From: a bacterium
GTDB taxonomy: Bacteria > Margulisbacteria > Marinamargulisbacteria > GCA-2716485 > JAYNIM01
Assembly (NCBI GenBank): GCA_038109055.1
Contig: JAYNIM010000008.1
Location: 1-64,000 of the forward strand
Length of the DNA: 64,000 nt
Direction of reading: 5' to 3'
The notes beneath the pieces were generated by a model that saw nothing but the letters and a program-made list of their open reading frames with translations, had not been told where the DNA came from and ran no database searches. Positions 1 to 10,477 of the stretch are shown piece after piece; position 1 is the first letter of the stretch; each line of letters begins with the position of its first letter. Both the position numbers and the translations under genes were made by a program.

Positions 1-55
1 GAACCTGCGACCTTCGGGTTATGAGCCCGACAAGCTACCACTGCTCCACCCCGCG
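1..55 (-). tRNA. tRNA-fMet (CAT), initiator; 3' end lies outside the window
   Basis: Reverse complement reads CGCGGGGTGGAGCAGTGGTAGCTTGTCGGGCTCATAACCCGAAGGTCGCAGGTTC: C1, CAT anticodon, three G-C pairs in the anticodon stem. Confidence 0.95.
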
Positions 56-96
56 GCCATGTGAGCATAAGCTTGAAAATAATCAAGAACTTATAA

Positions 97-125
97 AGTA
101 TAACAAGCAGATACAGCTTTGACAA
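97..125 (-). promoter_or_regulatory. sigma70-type promoter of tRNA-fMet
   Basis: Minus strand TTGTCA-17 nt-TATACT with an extended TGn; overlaps a divergent plus-strand TTGACA-18-TAGAGT (119-148) for the esterase gene. Confidence 0.6.
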
Positions 126-163
126 TAATAGTTAAAAATTGCTAGAGTCACAATGTTCAACCT

Positions 164-961
164 ATGAATAATAGCCGCCGTTTTTTTGAAAAAGTACAAG
201 AAAATGAAAAAAAGATTGTGACAAAAGACAGCGCCAAATCTTATTTTTTGCAGCACAAAAACACCAACAATCATATCATTATTCTCGTACATGGCTTTAG
301 TGCGTGTCCGGCAACTTTAAAACCAATCGGGCATTATCTATATGAAAAGGGCAGTGATGTCTATGGCCTGCGTGTAGCGGGGCATGGGACAAGTCTACAA
401 GATTTTGAACAAAAAAACTGGCAAGACTGGGAGCGATCACTCGAAACTATCTATCAAGAATTAAGGCAGCACTATGAACATGTCTCTGTTATTGGATCCT
501 CTATGGGGGCATTATTAAGTCTACGATTGGCGGCAAAATATCCCCTTAAAAAGTTAGTGTGTATGGGGACGTTTTTAAAACCTCAAAACCCCTGGTTTTA
601 CAGTTGTTATCTGCTATCACCGCTAGCCTATCTATGGCCATTTTCGTGGGGGAAAATCCCGAATGGAACAATCCCTGAGCATCGTAGCGGGTTTTGGTAT
701 GAAGAACTACCCCGAAAAAGCATCATCAATTTATTTAGAATCCAGCAAAAAGCGAAAAAATGTATGTCACAGGTAACCATTCCAACACTTGTAGCCCATG
801 CAGCGAATGATACCGTCGCACATCCAGATTCGGCACATAGACTACTCAATGGCCTTAATACGATTCACAAAAAATTACTATGGATTGGAAACGAACATGT
901 CTTTGTGATCGACAAAGATCCAGACATTTACGACGCAATCCGGTATTTTATAACAGACTAG
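164..961 (+). CDS. Alpha/beta-hydrolase, carboxylesterase/monoacylglycerol lipase family
   Basis: LVHGF oxyanion motif, GHGT, GSSMG nucleophile elbow, C-terminal D (NDTVA) and H (NEHVF). Confidence 0.9.
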   Translation: MNNSRRFFEKVQENEKKIVTKDSAKSYFLQHKNTNNHIIILVHGFSACPATLKPIGHYLYEKGSDVYGLRVAGHGTSLQDFEQKNWQDWERSLETIYQELRQHYEHVSVIGSSMGALLSLRLAAKYPLKKLVCMGTFLKPQNPWFYSCYLLSPLAYLWPFSWGKIPNGTIPEHRSGFWYEELPRKSIINLFRIQQKAKKCMSQVTIPTLVAHAANDTVAHPDSAHRLLNGLNTIHKKLLWIGNEHVFVIDKDPDIYDAIRYFITD

Positions 962-2343
962 CAAAGCGAAGATCTATCAAATAGAGCTTCGAGATCGCGG
1001 ATAGTTTTAGGAATAGCCACGCTTAAGTTGCGACAGCCGTTAGACGTAACCAATAAATTATCCTCGATACGAATACCAATACGTTCGTGATAGCGTTGAC
1101 CATCAATGACCATGTCAAAGTTCCCATACAAGCCAGGCTCATTGCTAATACATTCACCAATGCGTAAAGGCCGATTTGCATAATCGCGCCAATAGTCACC
1201 ATCATGGACAGCAGTTTTGATTAAATGACTGACGTTATGGGGAGCATGCTCATAATCGAGCTGGTAGGTTCCTTGATAGCGCGTCATGAGGGAATCTAAA
1301 TGGCGATTCAAATACAGCCAACAGGCCTGATTAATATCCCTTAATAGAGCACCTGGCTTCACCAAACTAGCGACATAGGTCTGAGTTTGTAAAACAAGTT
1401 CATATAAGCAGCGTTGCAAGGGATTAAAACGACCATTAACAGGGATAGTGCGTGAAATGTCCGTTACAATATCAAAGTAGCGCAGTCCAAAGTCCAGTAA
1501 CAATAAGCGATCTTTAGATAAAGGGGCATTATTTTTGTGGTAATGTAAGGTACAGGCGTGATCCCCACAGGCCACAATACTAGGAAAGCTTTTACCCATA
1601 AAACTTTGTTGTTCGAGTGCGCCATTTAGTACACCTGCAATGCCTTGTTCATTTTTATGATAAGGAAGCTGCTTAATGCACTCTTCAAAGCAAAGAGCAG
1701 TTTTTTCCTGCGCCTTAATCGCTAAAGAAAGATCAATATCATCAAATAATAAACGATGTTCCCATTCCAAGTCCTGAATACTACTATAACGTAGATGCAG
1801 GCCTTTTCGCTTAAAATAACGAGATAGGGCTTGTTTAGCCGTGTAATGATGATCTTTCATGATTTTTTGTGGATGAGATGTCGAAAAATGCCACAACAAG
1901 TTTAGCTCTTTGCAATGTGCATCCTGTAAATATTCTGCGACAATCGACCGCATAGAATCCTGTGAATAAATATGAGAAAACCCATAATCTAGAGCCAAGG
2001 CCCTAGCTTGTTCATCATCCTTGTAACAGAGAGAGTCTCCATCCCAACGTGCTTTTTGCTTATCATAGCGAGGTAAAAACAACAAAGACGTACCTGCGTT
2101 CTTAGGATCCAGAAAAAGAGCTATGCCCAGCTGATTGATACCTGTTAAATGTAACAATAGCGGCGATTGTTCCCATCGGCGACCCAGTAAATCCCAAGGG
2201 GTAACCTGCTGTTCAGGTAAGGCATCAAGGCCATTAAGCAAGAGGGGAGCAGAAAGTGCCTTTAAAAAAACATGACGGCGTGCTTGGTAGCGTTGTATCA
2301 AACGCGTAGGATCCACCGACGAAATCAAAAAAGAGGCGCTCAT
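958..2343 (-). CDS. pepP: Xaa-Pro aminopeptidase (M24B), divergent
   Basis: LHYH, LLLDFG..TDISRT, HNVSH..VHD, SNEPG and IRIED metal-ligand motifs; start moved to the ATG at 2343, which overlaps the upstream stop (ATGA). Confidence 0.85.
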   Translation of the reverse strand: MSASFLISSVDPTRLIQRYQARRHVFLKALSAPLLLNGLDALPEQQVTPWDLLGRRWEQSPLLLHLTGINQLGIALFLDPKNAGTSLLFLPRYDKQKARWDGDSLCYKDDEQARALALDYGFSHIYSQDSMRSIVAEYLQDAHCKELNLLWHFSTSHPQKIMKDHHYTAKQALSRYFKRKGLHLRYSSIQDLEWEHRLLFDDIDLSLAIKAQEKTALCFEECIKQLPYHKNEQGIAGVLNGALEQQSFMGKSFPSIVACGDHACTLHYHKNNAPLSKDRLLLLDFGLRYFDIVTDISRTIPVNGRFNPLQRCLYELVLQTQTYVASLVKPGALLRDINQACWLYLNRHLDSLMTRYQGTYQLDYEHAPHNVSHLIKTAVHDGDYWRDYANRPLRIGECISNEPGLYGNFDMVIDGQRYHERIGIRIEDNLLVTSNGCRNLSVAIPKTIRDLEALFDRSSLC

Positions 2344-2918
2344 AAAGATAAAGATACCCCAGAACGTAAGCATTGAAACGGTGTACATCGCAGATCCATG
2401 ACAGTCGAAGGTTGTTGATGCATAGGAAACACATCTTTATAGCAAAAATCAAGTTGGGACAGCAACGTTTCATCCATCTCATTTGGGTCAAGAATGGCAG
2501 GCTGACCGCTGAGATTAACACTGGTCGAAAACAAGGGGTAGTCAACAGCATCCAATAACATATTAAGGGGTAAAAACTCGGGGTAGCGTAAACCAATACT
2601 CCCCATATCATTGATAGATAATAGTGGGTTAGGGTGTGCATCAAAAACAAAGGTCACAGGCCCAGGCCATTGGGTATTGACCAGGGTTGATTGTGCTGAG
2701 CTTAAGGGGGCACAAAGACGCGATATCCAGCCCTTATGAGGAATTAAAGCAAGTAAAGAAGCGTGTTGGGATTTACCTTTAATGGAACGGATTTTTGTCA
2801 ATACAGTCTCATCAAAACGTCCAACAATACCAAACAGGGTGTCACAAGGAAACACCCCTACAGCACCCGCGTTAATCTGAGTAGCAATCGAACGAATATC
2901 CTGGGGTCTAAAAAGCAT
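2340..2918 (-). CDS. tsaC: L-threonylcarbamoyladenylate synthase (Sua5/YrdC/TsaC)
   Basis: FPCDTLFGI, IKGK, WPGPVT, LRYP, STSVNLSG, PSTVMD, LRSG; start taken at MLFRPQ (2918). Confidence 0.85.
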   Translation of the reverse strand: MLFRPQDIRSIATQINAGAVGVFPCDTLFGIVGRFDETVLTKIRSIKGKSQHASLLALIPHKGWISRLCAPLSSAQSTLVNTQWPGPVTFVFDAHPNPLLSINDMGSIGLRYPEFLPLNMLLDAVDYPLFSTSVNLSGQPAILDPNEMDETLLSQLDFCYKDVFPMHQQPSTVMDLRCTPFQCLRSGVSLSL

Positions 2919-4416
2919 CGTTAGTATCGGCCGGAATACACCCCGTAGAAATCTTATAAGAAAGGTCATCCGAAAAGGAATAAAGCTGTCCAAGAGATTG
3001 TTTTGAAGGTAGAGTCTCCAAATCAAAGGAAAAAGGAGCATCAAAATAACGACATTCCGTCAACAAAGCACGGCCAGACACTCCCTTGCCATCACAATGA
3101 ACGCAGTGAGTAGATTCTGAAGAATCTTGACAGAGAGAGGTGGTACAGTGGAGACAACGTGCCGGAACCAAACGCTGAGCAACAATAAGCGTCAGGACCT
3201 GTCCAATCATAAAGGAGTCCAAATCAAAGGATTTTAAGCGAAGCAAGGCACTATAGGTATCGTGAGTGTGTAAACTGGACAAAACCAAATGGCCAGTATG
3301 GGCAGCCTCCAGCGCAATAGCGGCACTTTCTTGGTCTCTCATTTCACCAATCATCATCACATCCGGATCTTGACGCAGCAACGCTTTAAGGCCTTTTACA
3401 AAACTATGCTGAGCGTTTACATTCACTTGGGATTGTCGAACACCCACCAAAGTTTGCTCAATAGGGTCCTCTAAGGTGCTAATAAAACAACGTCGTTCCG
3501 ACTGTAAATGACGTAGGCAAGCATAAAGGGTGCTACTCTTCCCAGAGCCGGTAGGACCCGTGACCAAAATAAGGCCATGTTGACGTTGCAAGCTTCGTTT
3601 TACCCAGGTCAGGGCGGTGGAAGCGAGTCCCAGATCTTTAAGACTGGAGAGGCGAGACTCTGATTCAAAGAAACGAAACGCGATATCTTCACCGTGCTGA
3701 CTAGGTAAGGTCGCAACCCGAATATCGCGATGCCCATATAGTGCCGTAAGCTGGCCATCTTGAGCATATTGGGTAATGGAAATATCCATATTTGACCGTA
3801 ATTTAATCAGTTTTAACAGTTGCTCATCAAGGGGGTTGGGAATATGCCCTAAAGTATTCAACACACCTTCACAGCGAAGTTTAATGTCAGACCCTTGAGG
3901 CTGTCTACATATGTGTAAATCAGAGGCAGCATAACGTTTAGCTTTACACATAAGTTGCTTCAAAATAGACACAGGCGTTTGTTGATCAACAATAATCTCT
4001 CGAAAAAAAGTCAACAGTTCTCGTTCCAAAACTAAAAAAAATACACAAGGTTTCGTATATGCGTGTTGGATAATCGCCGTATTAAATGGATTACTGATAG
4101 CCCAGGCCATGGACTGATCATCCTCATACAAAGGAATAGCCATTCTGTCATATAAATAATCCTCATCAAAGCTATAATAGTGCTCACGATCAATCCATAG
4201 ATGGCAAAGAGAGCTAATCATTAGCTCAGGGAAATATTCCGTGAAAAAAGAGCTAAAAGACGGCAAAGAGAAGTTCCTATGATGTTGTAACTGTCTCCAA
4301 AGTTCAGAATCAGACAAAGAGTCATCAAGTGAATCAGTAACAAGATCACTACGCTGGCTTAAATACGTACGTAAAACAGAATCACAGAGGGGCGTCTGCA
4401 CAGTGGAAGATGCCAT
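2908..4416 (-). CDS. GspE/PilB family secretion or pilus ATPase
   Basis: ASDLHI, QDG, Walker A GPTGSGKSST, TLEDPIE, LRQDPDVMMIGEMRD, TGHLVLSSLH, AQRL, CxxC pairs. Confidence 0.92.
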   Translation of the reverse strand: MASSTVQTPLCDSVLRTYLSQRSDLVTDSLDDSLSDSELWRQLQHHRNFSLPSFSSFFTEYFPELMISSLCHLWIDREHYYSFDEDYLYDRMAIPLYEDDQSMAWAISNPFNTAIIQHAYTKPCVFFLVLERELLTFFREIIVDQQTPVSILKQLMCKAKRYAASDLHICRQPQGSDIKLRCEGVLNTLGHIPNPLDEQLLKLIKLRSNMDISITQYAQDGQLTALYGHRDIRVATLPSQHGEDIAFRFFESESRLSSLKDLGLASTALTWVKRSLQRQHGLILVTGPTGSGKSSTLYACLRHLQSERRCFISTLEDPIEQTLVGVRQSQVNVNAQHSFVKGLKALLRQDPDVMMIGEMRDQESAAIALEAAHTGHLVLSSLHTHDTYSALLRLKSFDLDSFMIGQVLTLIVAQRLVPARCLHCTTSLCQDSSESTHCVHCDGKGVSGRALLTECRYFDAPFSFDLETLPSKQSLGQLYSFSDDLSYKISTGCIPADTNDAF

Positions 4417-4426
4417 AATAGAAAAA

Positions 4427-5467
4427 CTAATCCGACATTAATACTTTTTTCAGAACGTCTATTTCATCTAATGCATGACCAGTTCCCATAGCTACACATT
4501 TTAATGGATCACTGGCAATGGAAACACCAATTTGAGTTTCAACATGAATATGTTTATCCAGACCCATAAGTAGGGCCCCACCACCGGCCAACATAATACC
4601 ACGGTCCATAATATCAGAAGACAATTCAGGAGGCGTTTTTTCCAAGGTTGATCGGATGCCATCAACGATAATACGAATGGGGTCTTTCAGGGCCTCTCTG
4701 ATTTCAGAACAGGTGACAGTGAAGGTCTTGGGTAGCCCAGAAACTAAATCACGACCTTTAACCTCCAAAGACTTGTCTTGCATTTCATAAGCAGAACCTA
4801 GTTGAATTTTAATTTCCTCAGCCGTACGTTCACCAATCAACAAGCGATAATTTTCACGACAATGTGAAATAATAGCTTCATCCATTTCATCGCCTGCAAC
4901 ACGAATCGATTTTGCAACTACAATACCACCTAAGGAAATAACAGCAACCTCTGTGGTACCTCCCCCAATATCAACTATCATACTTCCTGCAGGATCAGAA
5001 ACAGGCAGCCCCGCACCAATGGCAGCTGCCATAGGCTCTTCAATTAAATAGGCTTCTTTGGCTCCAGCAGAATAAGTGGCATCCAATACTGCACGCTTTT
5101 CAACCCCTGTAATACCAGAAGGGATCCCAACAATAATGCGAGGTTTGAAAAGGGAGACACCCTTGCGGTTCAAAGCACGCTTAATAAAAAACTTCAACAT
5201 CGTCTCTGTAATATCAAAGTCGGCAATTACCCCATCTCGCAAAGGCCGAACAGCCACAACATTTCCAGGTGTACGCCCAATCATCCGTTTTGCTTCATTA
5301 CCAACTGCCAAAACCATGTTAGATTTAGTATCCAAGGCTACAACAGAAGGTTCCTGGATTATAACGCCATTTCCCTGGGCAAAAACCAAAGTGTTCGCAG
5401 TACCTAGGTCAATTCCTAGGTCACATTGGAAACGAAGTAAAAGCTTATTAAAATAATTGCCAAACAT
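4427..5467 (-). CDS. mreB: Rod shape-determining actin-like protein MreB
   Basis: [52 protein letters not shown]. Confidence 0.98.
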   Translation of the reverse strand: MFGNYFNKLLLRFQCDLGIDLGTANTLVFAQGNGVIIQEPSVVALDTKSNMVLAVGNEAKRMIGRTPGNVVAVRPLRDGVIADFDITETMLKFFIKRALNRKGVSLFKPRIIVGIPSGITGVEKRAVLDATYSAGAKEAYLIEEPMAAAIGAGLPVSDPAGSMIVDIGGGTTEVAVISLGGIVVAKSIRVAGDEMDEAIISHCRENYRLLIGERTAEEIKIQLGSAYEMQDKSLEVKGRDLVSGLPKTFTVTCSEIREALKDPIRIIVDGIRSTLEKTPPELSSDIMDRGIMLAGGGALLMGLDKHIHVETQIGVSIASDPLKCVAMGTGHALDEIDVLKKVLMSD

Positions 5468-5526
5468 GATACTTCATTGAATAGTAACAGGCTTTAAAAA
5501 ATTAAACAATGTAAAATAATCAAAGT

Positions 5527-6945
5527 CTAATAACGATAATGAGCCGGCTTATAGGGGCCTTCGGGTTTGACAGAAATATAGGCGGCTTGTTCAGGGCTAA
5601 GTGTAGTAAGTTTAACACCCAGTTTATCTAAATGTAGCCGTGCAACTTCTTCATCCAAAGATTTTGACAACATATAAACCCCTATGGGGTAGTCATTTTT
5701 CCATAAATCCAATTGAGCCAAAACTTGATTGGTAAATGAGGTACTCATAACAAAAGAAGAGTGACCAGTTGCACATCCTAAATTAACCAAACGTCCCTCT
5801 GCCAATAAATAAAGACTATTGCCATTAGGTAAAATATATTGATCAACCTGATCCTTAATGTTAATTTTTTGCACACCTTCCAAAGACTCCAAATCAGCAA
5901 CATCAATTTCATTATCAAAGTGCCCAATATTACAAACAATAGCTTGGTCTTTCATCGCCATCATATGTGCAAGAGTAATAATATGGAAATTTCCAGTTGC
6001 CGTCACAAAAATGTCTGCTTTACCAACAACATCTTCAAGAGTTAAAACATCATAGCCTTCCATAGAAGCTTGTAAGGCACAGATAGGATCGATTTCAGTG
6101 ACAATAACCTTTGCGCCAAAATTTCGCATGCTGGCAGCACATCCTTTGCCGACGTCTCCATACCCGCATACAACCACTGTTTTGCCGGCAATCATGACAT
6201 CTGTTGCTCTTTTAATGCCATCAGCTAAAGATTCGCGACAACCGTATAGGTTATCAAATTTAGCTTTAGTGACAGAGTCGTTCACATTAATATGTGGAAA
6301 TAACAATGTTTTGTTTTGTGACATTTGATACAAACGATGTACACCAGTAGTGGTTTCTTCAGAAACACCTTTGATATTTTTAGCAATTCCCTGCCAAAAG
6401 CCCGGAGTTTGAGCATAGGTCTTTTTAAGTAGGTTTTGAACACAACGCTCTTCCTCATTCTGAGTCTTAAGATCGAGAAGGGAAGGATCTCTTTCCGCAA
6501 GAACACCTTGATGAATCAATAAGGTAGCATCTCCACCATCATCAACAATTAAGTCTGGACCCGAACCATCCGGAAAGGTCAAGGCAGAGAGCGTACACTC
6601 CCAGTATTCTTCCAATGTCTCTCCTTTCCAGGCAAAGACAGCGACACCCGATTTCGCAATCGCAGCAGCCGCATGGTCCTGGGTAGAGAAAATATTACAA
6701 CTAGCCCAACGCACGGTAGCACCCAAAGCCACCAATGTTTCGATAAGAATGGCTGTTTGAATTGTCATATGTAAGGAGCCGGATATTTTAACACCTTTTA
6801 AAGGCTGCTCAGAAGAATATTTATCTCTCAGAGCCATTAGGCCGGGCATTTCATGTTCTGAGATGCTGATTTCTTTGCGACCAAAGTCCGCAAGAGAAAG
6901 ATCAGCAATCTTATAATCAGCGTCAGTAGCGACAGATGTGTTCAT
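5527..6945 (-). CDS. ahcY: Adenosylhomocysteinase
   Basis: [56 protein letters not shown]-terminal HYRY; start at 6945 follows an AGGAG RBS. Confidence 0.98.
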   Translation of the reverse strand: MNTSVATDADYKIADLSLADFGRKEISISEHEMPGLMALRDKYSSEQPLKGVKISGSLHMTIQTAILIETLVALGATVRWASCNIFSTQDHAAAAIAKSGVAVFAWKGETLEEYWECTLSALTFPDGSGPDLIVDDGGDATLLIHQGVLAERDPSLLDLKTQNEEERCVQNLLKKTYAQTPGFWQGIAKNIKGVSEETTTGVHRLYQMSQNKTLLFPHINVNDSVTKAKFDNLYGCRESLADGIKRATDVMIAGKTVVVCGYGDVGKGCAASMRNFGAKVIVTEIDPICALQASMEGYDVLTLEDVVGKADIFVTATGNFHIITLAHMMAMKDQAIVCNIGHFDNEIDVADLESLEGVQKINIKDQVDQYILPNGNSLYLLAEGRLVNLGCATGHSSFVMSTSFTNQVLAQLDLWKNDYPIGVYMLSKSLDEEVARLHLDKLGVKLTTLSPEQAAYISVKPEGPYKPAHYRY

Positions 6946-7036
6946 GAGTTTTTTACTCCTTACCATTTTCACTTATTGTTGCAGGAAATTGAGAAATTAG
7001 CAATAAATTAAAGCTAAATTCAAGAATAAAGAAAGG

Positions 7037-7126
7037 TGGTACCGAGGGCCGGACTTGAACCGGCACGGCCGATTAAGGCCAACGGATTTTAAGTCCGTCG
7101 TGTCTACCAAATTTCACCACCTCGGC
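7037..7126 (-). tRNA. tRNA-Leu (TAA)
   Basis: GCCGAGGTGGTGAAATTTGGTAGACACGACGGACTTAAAATCCGT..long variable arm..GGTTCAAGTCCGGCCCTCGGTACCA; CCA is encoded. Confidence 0.96.
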
Positions 7127-7152
7127 ACAAAAGATAATGTAGGTAGACCTAC

Positions 7153-7181
7153 AATATACACCGTGTAAAATAGAAAAGCAA
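7153..7181 (-). promoter_or_regulatory. sigma70-type promoter of tRNA-Leu (possibly reading into ahcY)
   Basis: TTGCTT-17 nt-TATATT on the minus strand. Confidence 0.55.
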
Positions 7182-7241
7182 AGATTGGTATGACGAATAA
7201 TGAAAAATAGGCAATCAAAAAAACAAATCTAAAAGAGGGCC

Positions 7242-7601
7242 TTACTCGTCTTCAACCGTAGCAATACCAGACTTGAGTAAGTAGAGCCCGCCACGAGAAA
7301 ATTTAAACTCAAGATTATCTAGAGAGTCTGTAATACCAAGTAATGAAAGTAACTCAGCACTGGGGGCATGTTTTTGTTTAGAGGCTTCCACATCTTGCAA
7401 CTTTTTCTTGATGCGACGACGTGTATCTTGAGACGCCAAGGCAGCAGCAAACACTTCGACATTCACAGAGACAATTGAATCAATAGAAATGCCCATAGAT
7501 TGCAACACATTAGGGAAATCAGGGTAAGTCTTCAAGACCTGAGCTAGAGTTGTTTGAGGGTTAGAATTAGGCGGCGTGATCCCGCCTGGGCCAACCCGCA
7601 T
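7242..7601 (-). CDS. Hypothetical protein (119 aa)
   Basis: Clean ORF, TAATG-coupled to the upstream gene; no family recognised. Confidence 0.75.
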   Translation of the reverse strand: MRVGPGGITPPNSNPQTTLAQVLKTYPDFPNVLQSMGISIDSIVSVNVEVFAAALASQDTRRRIKKKLQDVEASKQKHAPSAELLSLLGITDSLDNLEFKFSRGGLYLLKSGIATVEDE

Positions 7602-7918
7602 TAAATAGCTGCTCCCTTCAAACCAACATCAACTGTTACCAAAGACTGATCTTCAGAATTAGTGATAAAATAATTACCAAGTAGAATCATTTTTTCTTTA
7701 TCCTCGGGGCCACCCAGGCGGCCATTAACTTTTATATCTCCAGTCTTTCTATCAAAGACATAGTTGCTGCTTTTTTCAAAAGCAGGCTTGTAATATAGAA
7801 CTATTTTATCTGCACTTTCGGCATAAATAATCTTACTACCGTCTGGTAAAGTTTGCTTATCATCAGAAAACTGAACAATCTTAGCTTCATTTTTACCCAA
7901 TTTACCTTGATTGAACAT
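7601..7918 (-). CDS. Hypothetical protein (105 aa)
   Basis: Clean ORF with a TTGACT-17-TAGCAT promoter just upstream (7928-7956); its 3' end carries a GGAG RBS for the next gene. Confidence 0.75.
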   Translation of the reverse strand: MFNQGKLGKNEAKIVQFSDDKQTLPDGSKIIYAESADKIVLYYKPAFEKSSNYVFDRKTGDIKVNGRLGGPEDKEKMILLGNYFITNSEDQSLVTVDVGLKGAAI

Positions 7919-7967
7919 GACGTTTAAATGCTATACTAAACACAATTAAGAGTCAAATAATACTGTA

Positions 7968-9188
7968 ATGAGTGACGGATATAAGATCAACCAACCAAAA
8001 AAAGCGATAACCGTCATACTGTGTATCGCACTATTTAGTATGTTGAAAGCGTGTAAGCCCAGTGATTATGATCTGCTGATAGAGGCAAATTATCAAAAGA
8101 GGCCTATCAAAGCGTTACAGTTAGCGGAAAAAGTTCTAAAAGATCCCTTTTTAGAAGATCAGGGGAAAACATTTTTAAACCAAAATCAAGAATTAATAGA
8201 AAAAGCGATAGAGAAATGCCAGGAACAGGCAAGTCAGGTATCAACACCACGCTGCGTTCAGAATTGGATAGAGGTGAGAGATGCCCTACAAACATTTAAA
8301 AAAAAAGAGATCACATTTAGCAAAAATAGCTATTATTCCTTAAGGATCAGAAGAGGGTATAAAAAAACATTAGATGCGTTTTGTAATTATCAGCGCAAAT
8401 ATATACAAAAAGCTTGGGATGAAAAGCGATATCGTGCAGTGGTACAACATGGCACTTGGCTGCGTATGTATGAGGGGGAAGAAAACAAAAAATTAAATCA
8501 TATAATTAAAGAAGCAGGGCAGCGTGCCAAACGATATCTATATGTGCACAATATGCATGAGGTGAAGGGGCAGAAAGAAAATACCTATTATCAAGCACAT
8601 CCATTTGGGAAATGGCTTAGAGAAGCCATGCTGCAAAATTTCACGAAAAAAGCATCCTCCTTTATTGACATACAAAAAATAAAGCGTTGGGGAAAATGGA
8701 TCAACAAACAAGTCCCTGCAAAAGAAACAGCCAATTACATTATTGATGGTGTATTTTGGGTTCAAAAAGACAGAGAGCAACTAGATAGGTACGATAACAA
8801 ACAAAGTCTTTTACACGTTAAGATGGATAACACTGATACATGGGTCGAAAATTATTTTAGCTACGACATTTATGAAAAAACCATCACATACGACATTGCG
8901 ATTACAGCAAATATCAGAACGAGAGAAGACGGGGTCATTATAGAAAAAATAGGGATAGCGAAACGCTATCAAAGCACCACGCAATGGCGAACAAATCCGG
9001 ATCCCCCCCATAAAAATAAAGCAACAATAAAATATCCATCCACGTATCTCAACATCCCAGATCAAGAATTCAGTATTAAGGAAGAAAAGCTATTAAGGTT
9101 ATACGCGCAGGAAATATCGGAGGAATTAGTCGATAAAATACGTAAAAAAATAGACAAAGATTTAGATTTTATTGGCAGGGGACGCTAA
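7968..9188 (+). CDS. Hypothetical lipoprotein
   Basis: Basic N-terminus, hydrophobic stretch and LKAC lipobox-like motif; 406-aa ORF. Confidence 0.65.
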   Translation: MSDGYKINQPKKAITVILCIALFSMLKACKPSDYDLLIEANYQKRPIKALQLAEKVLKDPFLEDQGKTFLNQNQELIEKAIEKCQEQASQVSTPRCVQNWIEVRDALQTFKKKEITFSKNSYYSLRIRRGYKKTLDAFCNYQRKYIQKAWDEKRYRAVVQHGTWLRMYEGEENKKLNHIIKEAGQRAKRYLYVHNMHEVKGQKENTYYQAHPFGKWLREAMLQNFTKKASSFIDIQKIKRWGKWINKQVPAKETANYIIDGVFWVQKDREQLDRYDNKQSLLHVKMDNTDTWVENYFSYDIYEKTITYDIAITANIRTREDGVIIEKIGIAKRYQSTTQWRTNPDPPHKNKATIKYPSTYLNIPDQEFSIKEEKLLRLYAQEISEELVDKIRKKIDKDLDFIGRGR

Positions 9189-9265
9189 TAAAAGGGAAAT
9201 TTACAAAATTAACAAGATAAGGTATTATTAAAAGTTACGAAAATTCAAAAAATCAGATAACAAAA

Positions 9266-10477
9266 ATGACACAAAAAAATAAGTTCATTTTATGCCTAGG
9301 CGATGGAATGGCAGACGAGCCTATCGCAAGCTTGAAAAATCAAAGCCCACTACAAGCGGCCTATACACCACATATGGATGCGTTGGTACAGACAGGTAAA
9401 TCGGGGCGTGTTCAAACAGTACAAGAAGGGTTTTATCCAGGTTCAGACGTGGCCAATATGGGTATATTGGGGTACGATCCGAAAGATTATTACACTGGGA
9501 GAGGGCCTATAGAAGCAGCCAGTTTAGGGATCAAAGCGAACAATGATGAAGTCATTTTTCGCTGTAATTTAACCACGATTTCGGGACAAAAAGGCGCAGA
9601 GATCATGCAGTCTTTTACCGCTGATCATATCAGTACAGACGAGGCAGATGCCTTGTTAAAAGCATTAAATAAGACCTTTTTAAAGGAAGGTATCAGATTT
9701 CATACAGGGGTAAGTTACAGGCATATTGTGACCATGCCCAAGACATTTGATACCTTAGAATGTACAGCTCCACACGACATCACAGACAAACCGATATTAC
9801 CAGCATTGCCACAAGGTGATAGCCATGCAGACATGATAAACATCATGGAACGAGCAAGGCAGGTGTTAGTGGAACACCCCATCAACATAAAGCGCAGACA
9901 AAATAATAAATTACCAGCAAATTTTATATGGCCATGGAGTCAGGGGCAAAGCCCCAAATTACCAAGCTTTCAGTCTCGATATGGGTTAAAAGGGGCTATG
10001 ATTACAGCGGTAGATTTATTAAAAGGGCTAGCAAAGCTTTGTGGGATGGAGGCCCCCAATATACCCGGAGCAACAGGGTTTCTCGATACTGACTATCAAG
10101 CGAAAGTAAATACAGCACTACGCTATTTAGAAACAGTGGATTTTGTATATATCCATATAGAAGCACCAGATGAAGCAGGTCACATGGGTGATCCGCAATT
10201 AAAGGTGAAAGCCATAGAAGACTTTGATAAAAAGGTGGTGGGGCCGGTTAGAGAAGCACAAAAAAAAGACGCGGCAATACAAGTCATGTTATTGCCAGAT
10301 CATGCGACCCCGTGTCGTTTAAAAACGCATACACGTGTGGAGGTGCCTGTGGTGTTGGCTGGAAGTTTATTTCAATACAATCACGGGAACTCTTATAGTG
10401 AGAATGGCGTTGCTAATCACTTATGGCAGCACGCAACACCATTGTTATATGAGTTTTTAAATCAATGTCAAAAATAA
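9266..10477 (+). CDS. apgM: Cofactor-independent phosphoglycerate mutase, ApgM type
   Basis: GDGMAD, TPHMD, PGSDVAN catalytic Ser, YTGRGPIEA, HIEAPDEAGH, LPDHATP. Confidence 0.92.
   Translation: MTQKNKFILCLGDGMADEPIASLKNQSPLQAAYTPHMDALVQTGKSGRVQTVQEGFYPGSDVANMGILGYDPKDYYTGRGPIEAASLGIKANNDEVIFRCNLTTISGQKGAEIMQSFTADHISTDEADALLKALNKTFLKEGIRFHTGVSYRHIVTMPKTFDTLECTAPHDITDKPILPALPQGDSHADMINIMERARQVLVEHPINIKRRQNNKLPANFIWPWSQGQSPKLPSFQSRYGLKGAMITAVDLLKGLAKLCGMEAPNIPGATGFLDTDYQAKVNTALRYLETVDFVYIHIEAPDEAGHMGDPQLKVKAIEDFDKKVVGPVREAQKKDAAIQVMLLPDHATPCRLKTHTRVEVPVVLAGSLFQYNHGNSYSENGVANHLWQHATPLLYEFLNQCQK

Noticed and set aside
2919..3044. N-terminal extensions in the ORF track (tsaC, pepP, ftsH, clpC, pyrR-like, lepB)
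   Set aside because: They overlap neighbouring genes or promoters and precede the conserved family N-termini; downstream starts were used
6946..7036. SAH/SAM riboswitch upstream of ahcY
   Set aside because: Short AT-rich spacer with no recognisable aptamer; tRNA-Leu lies immediately upstream
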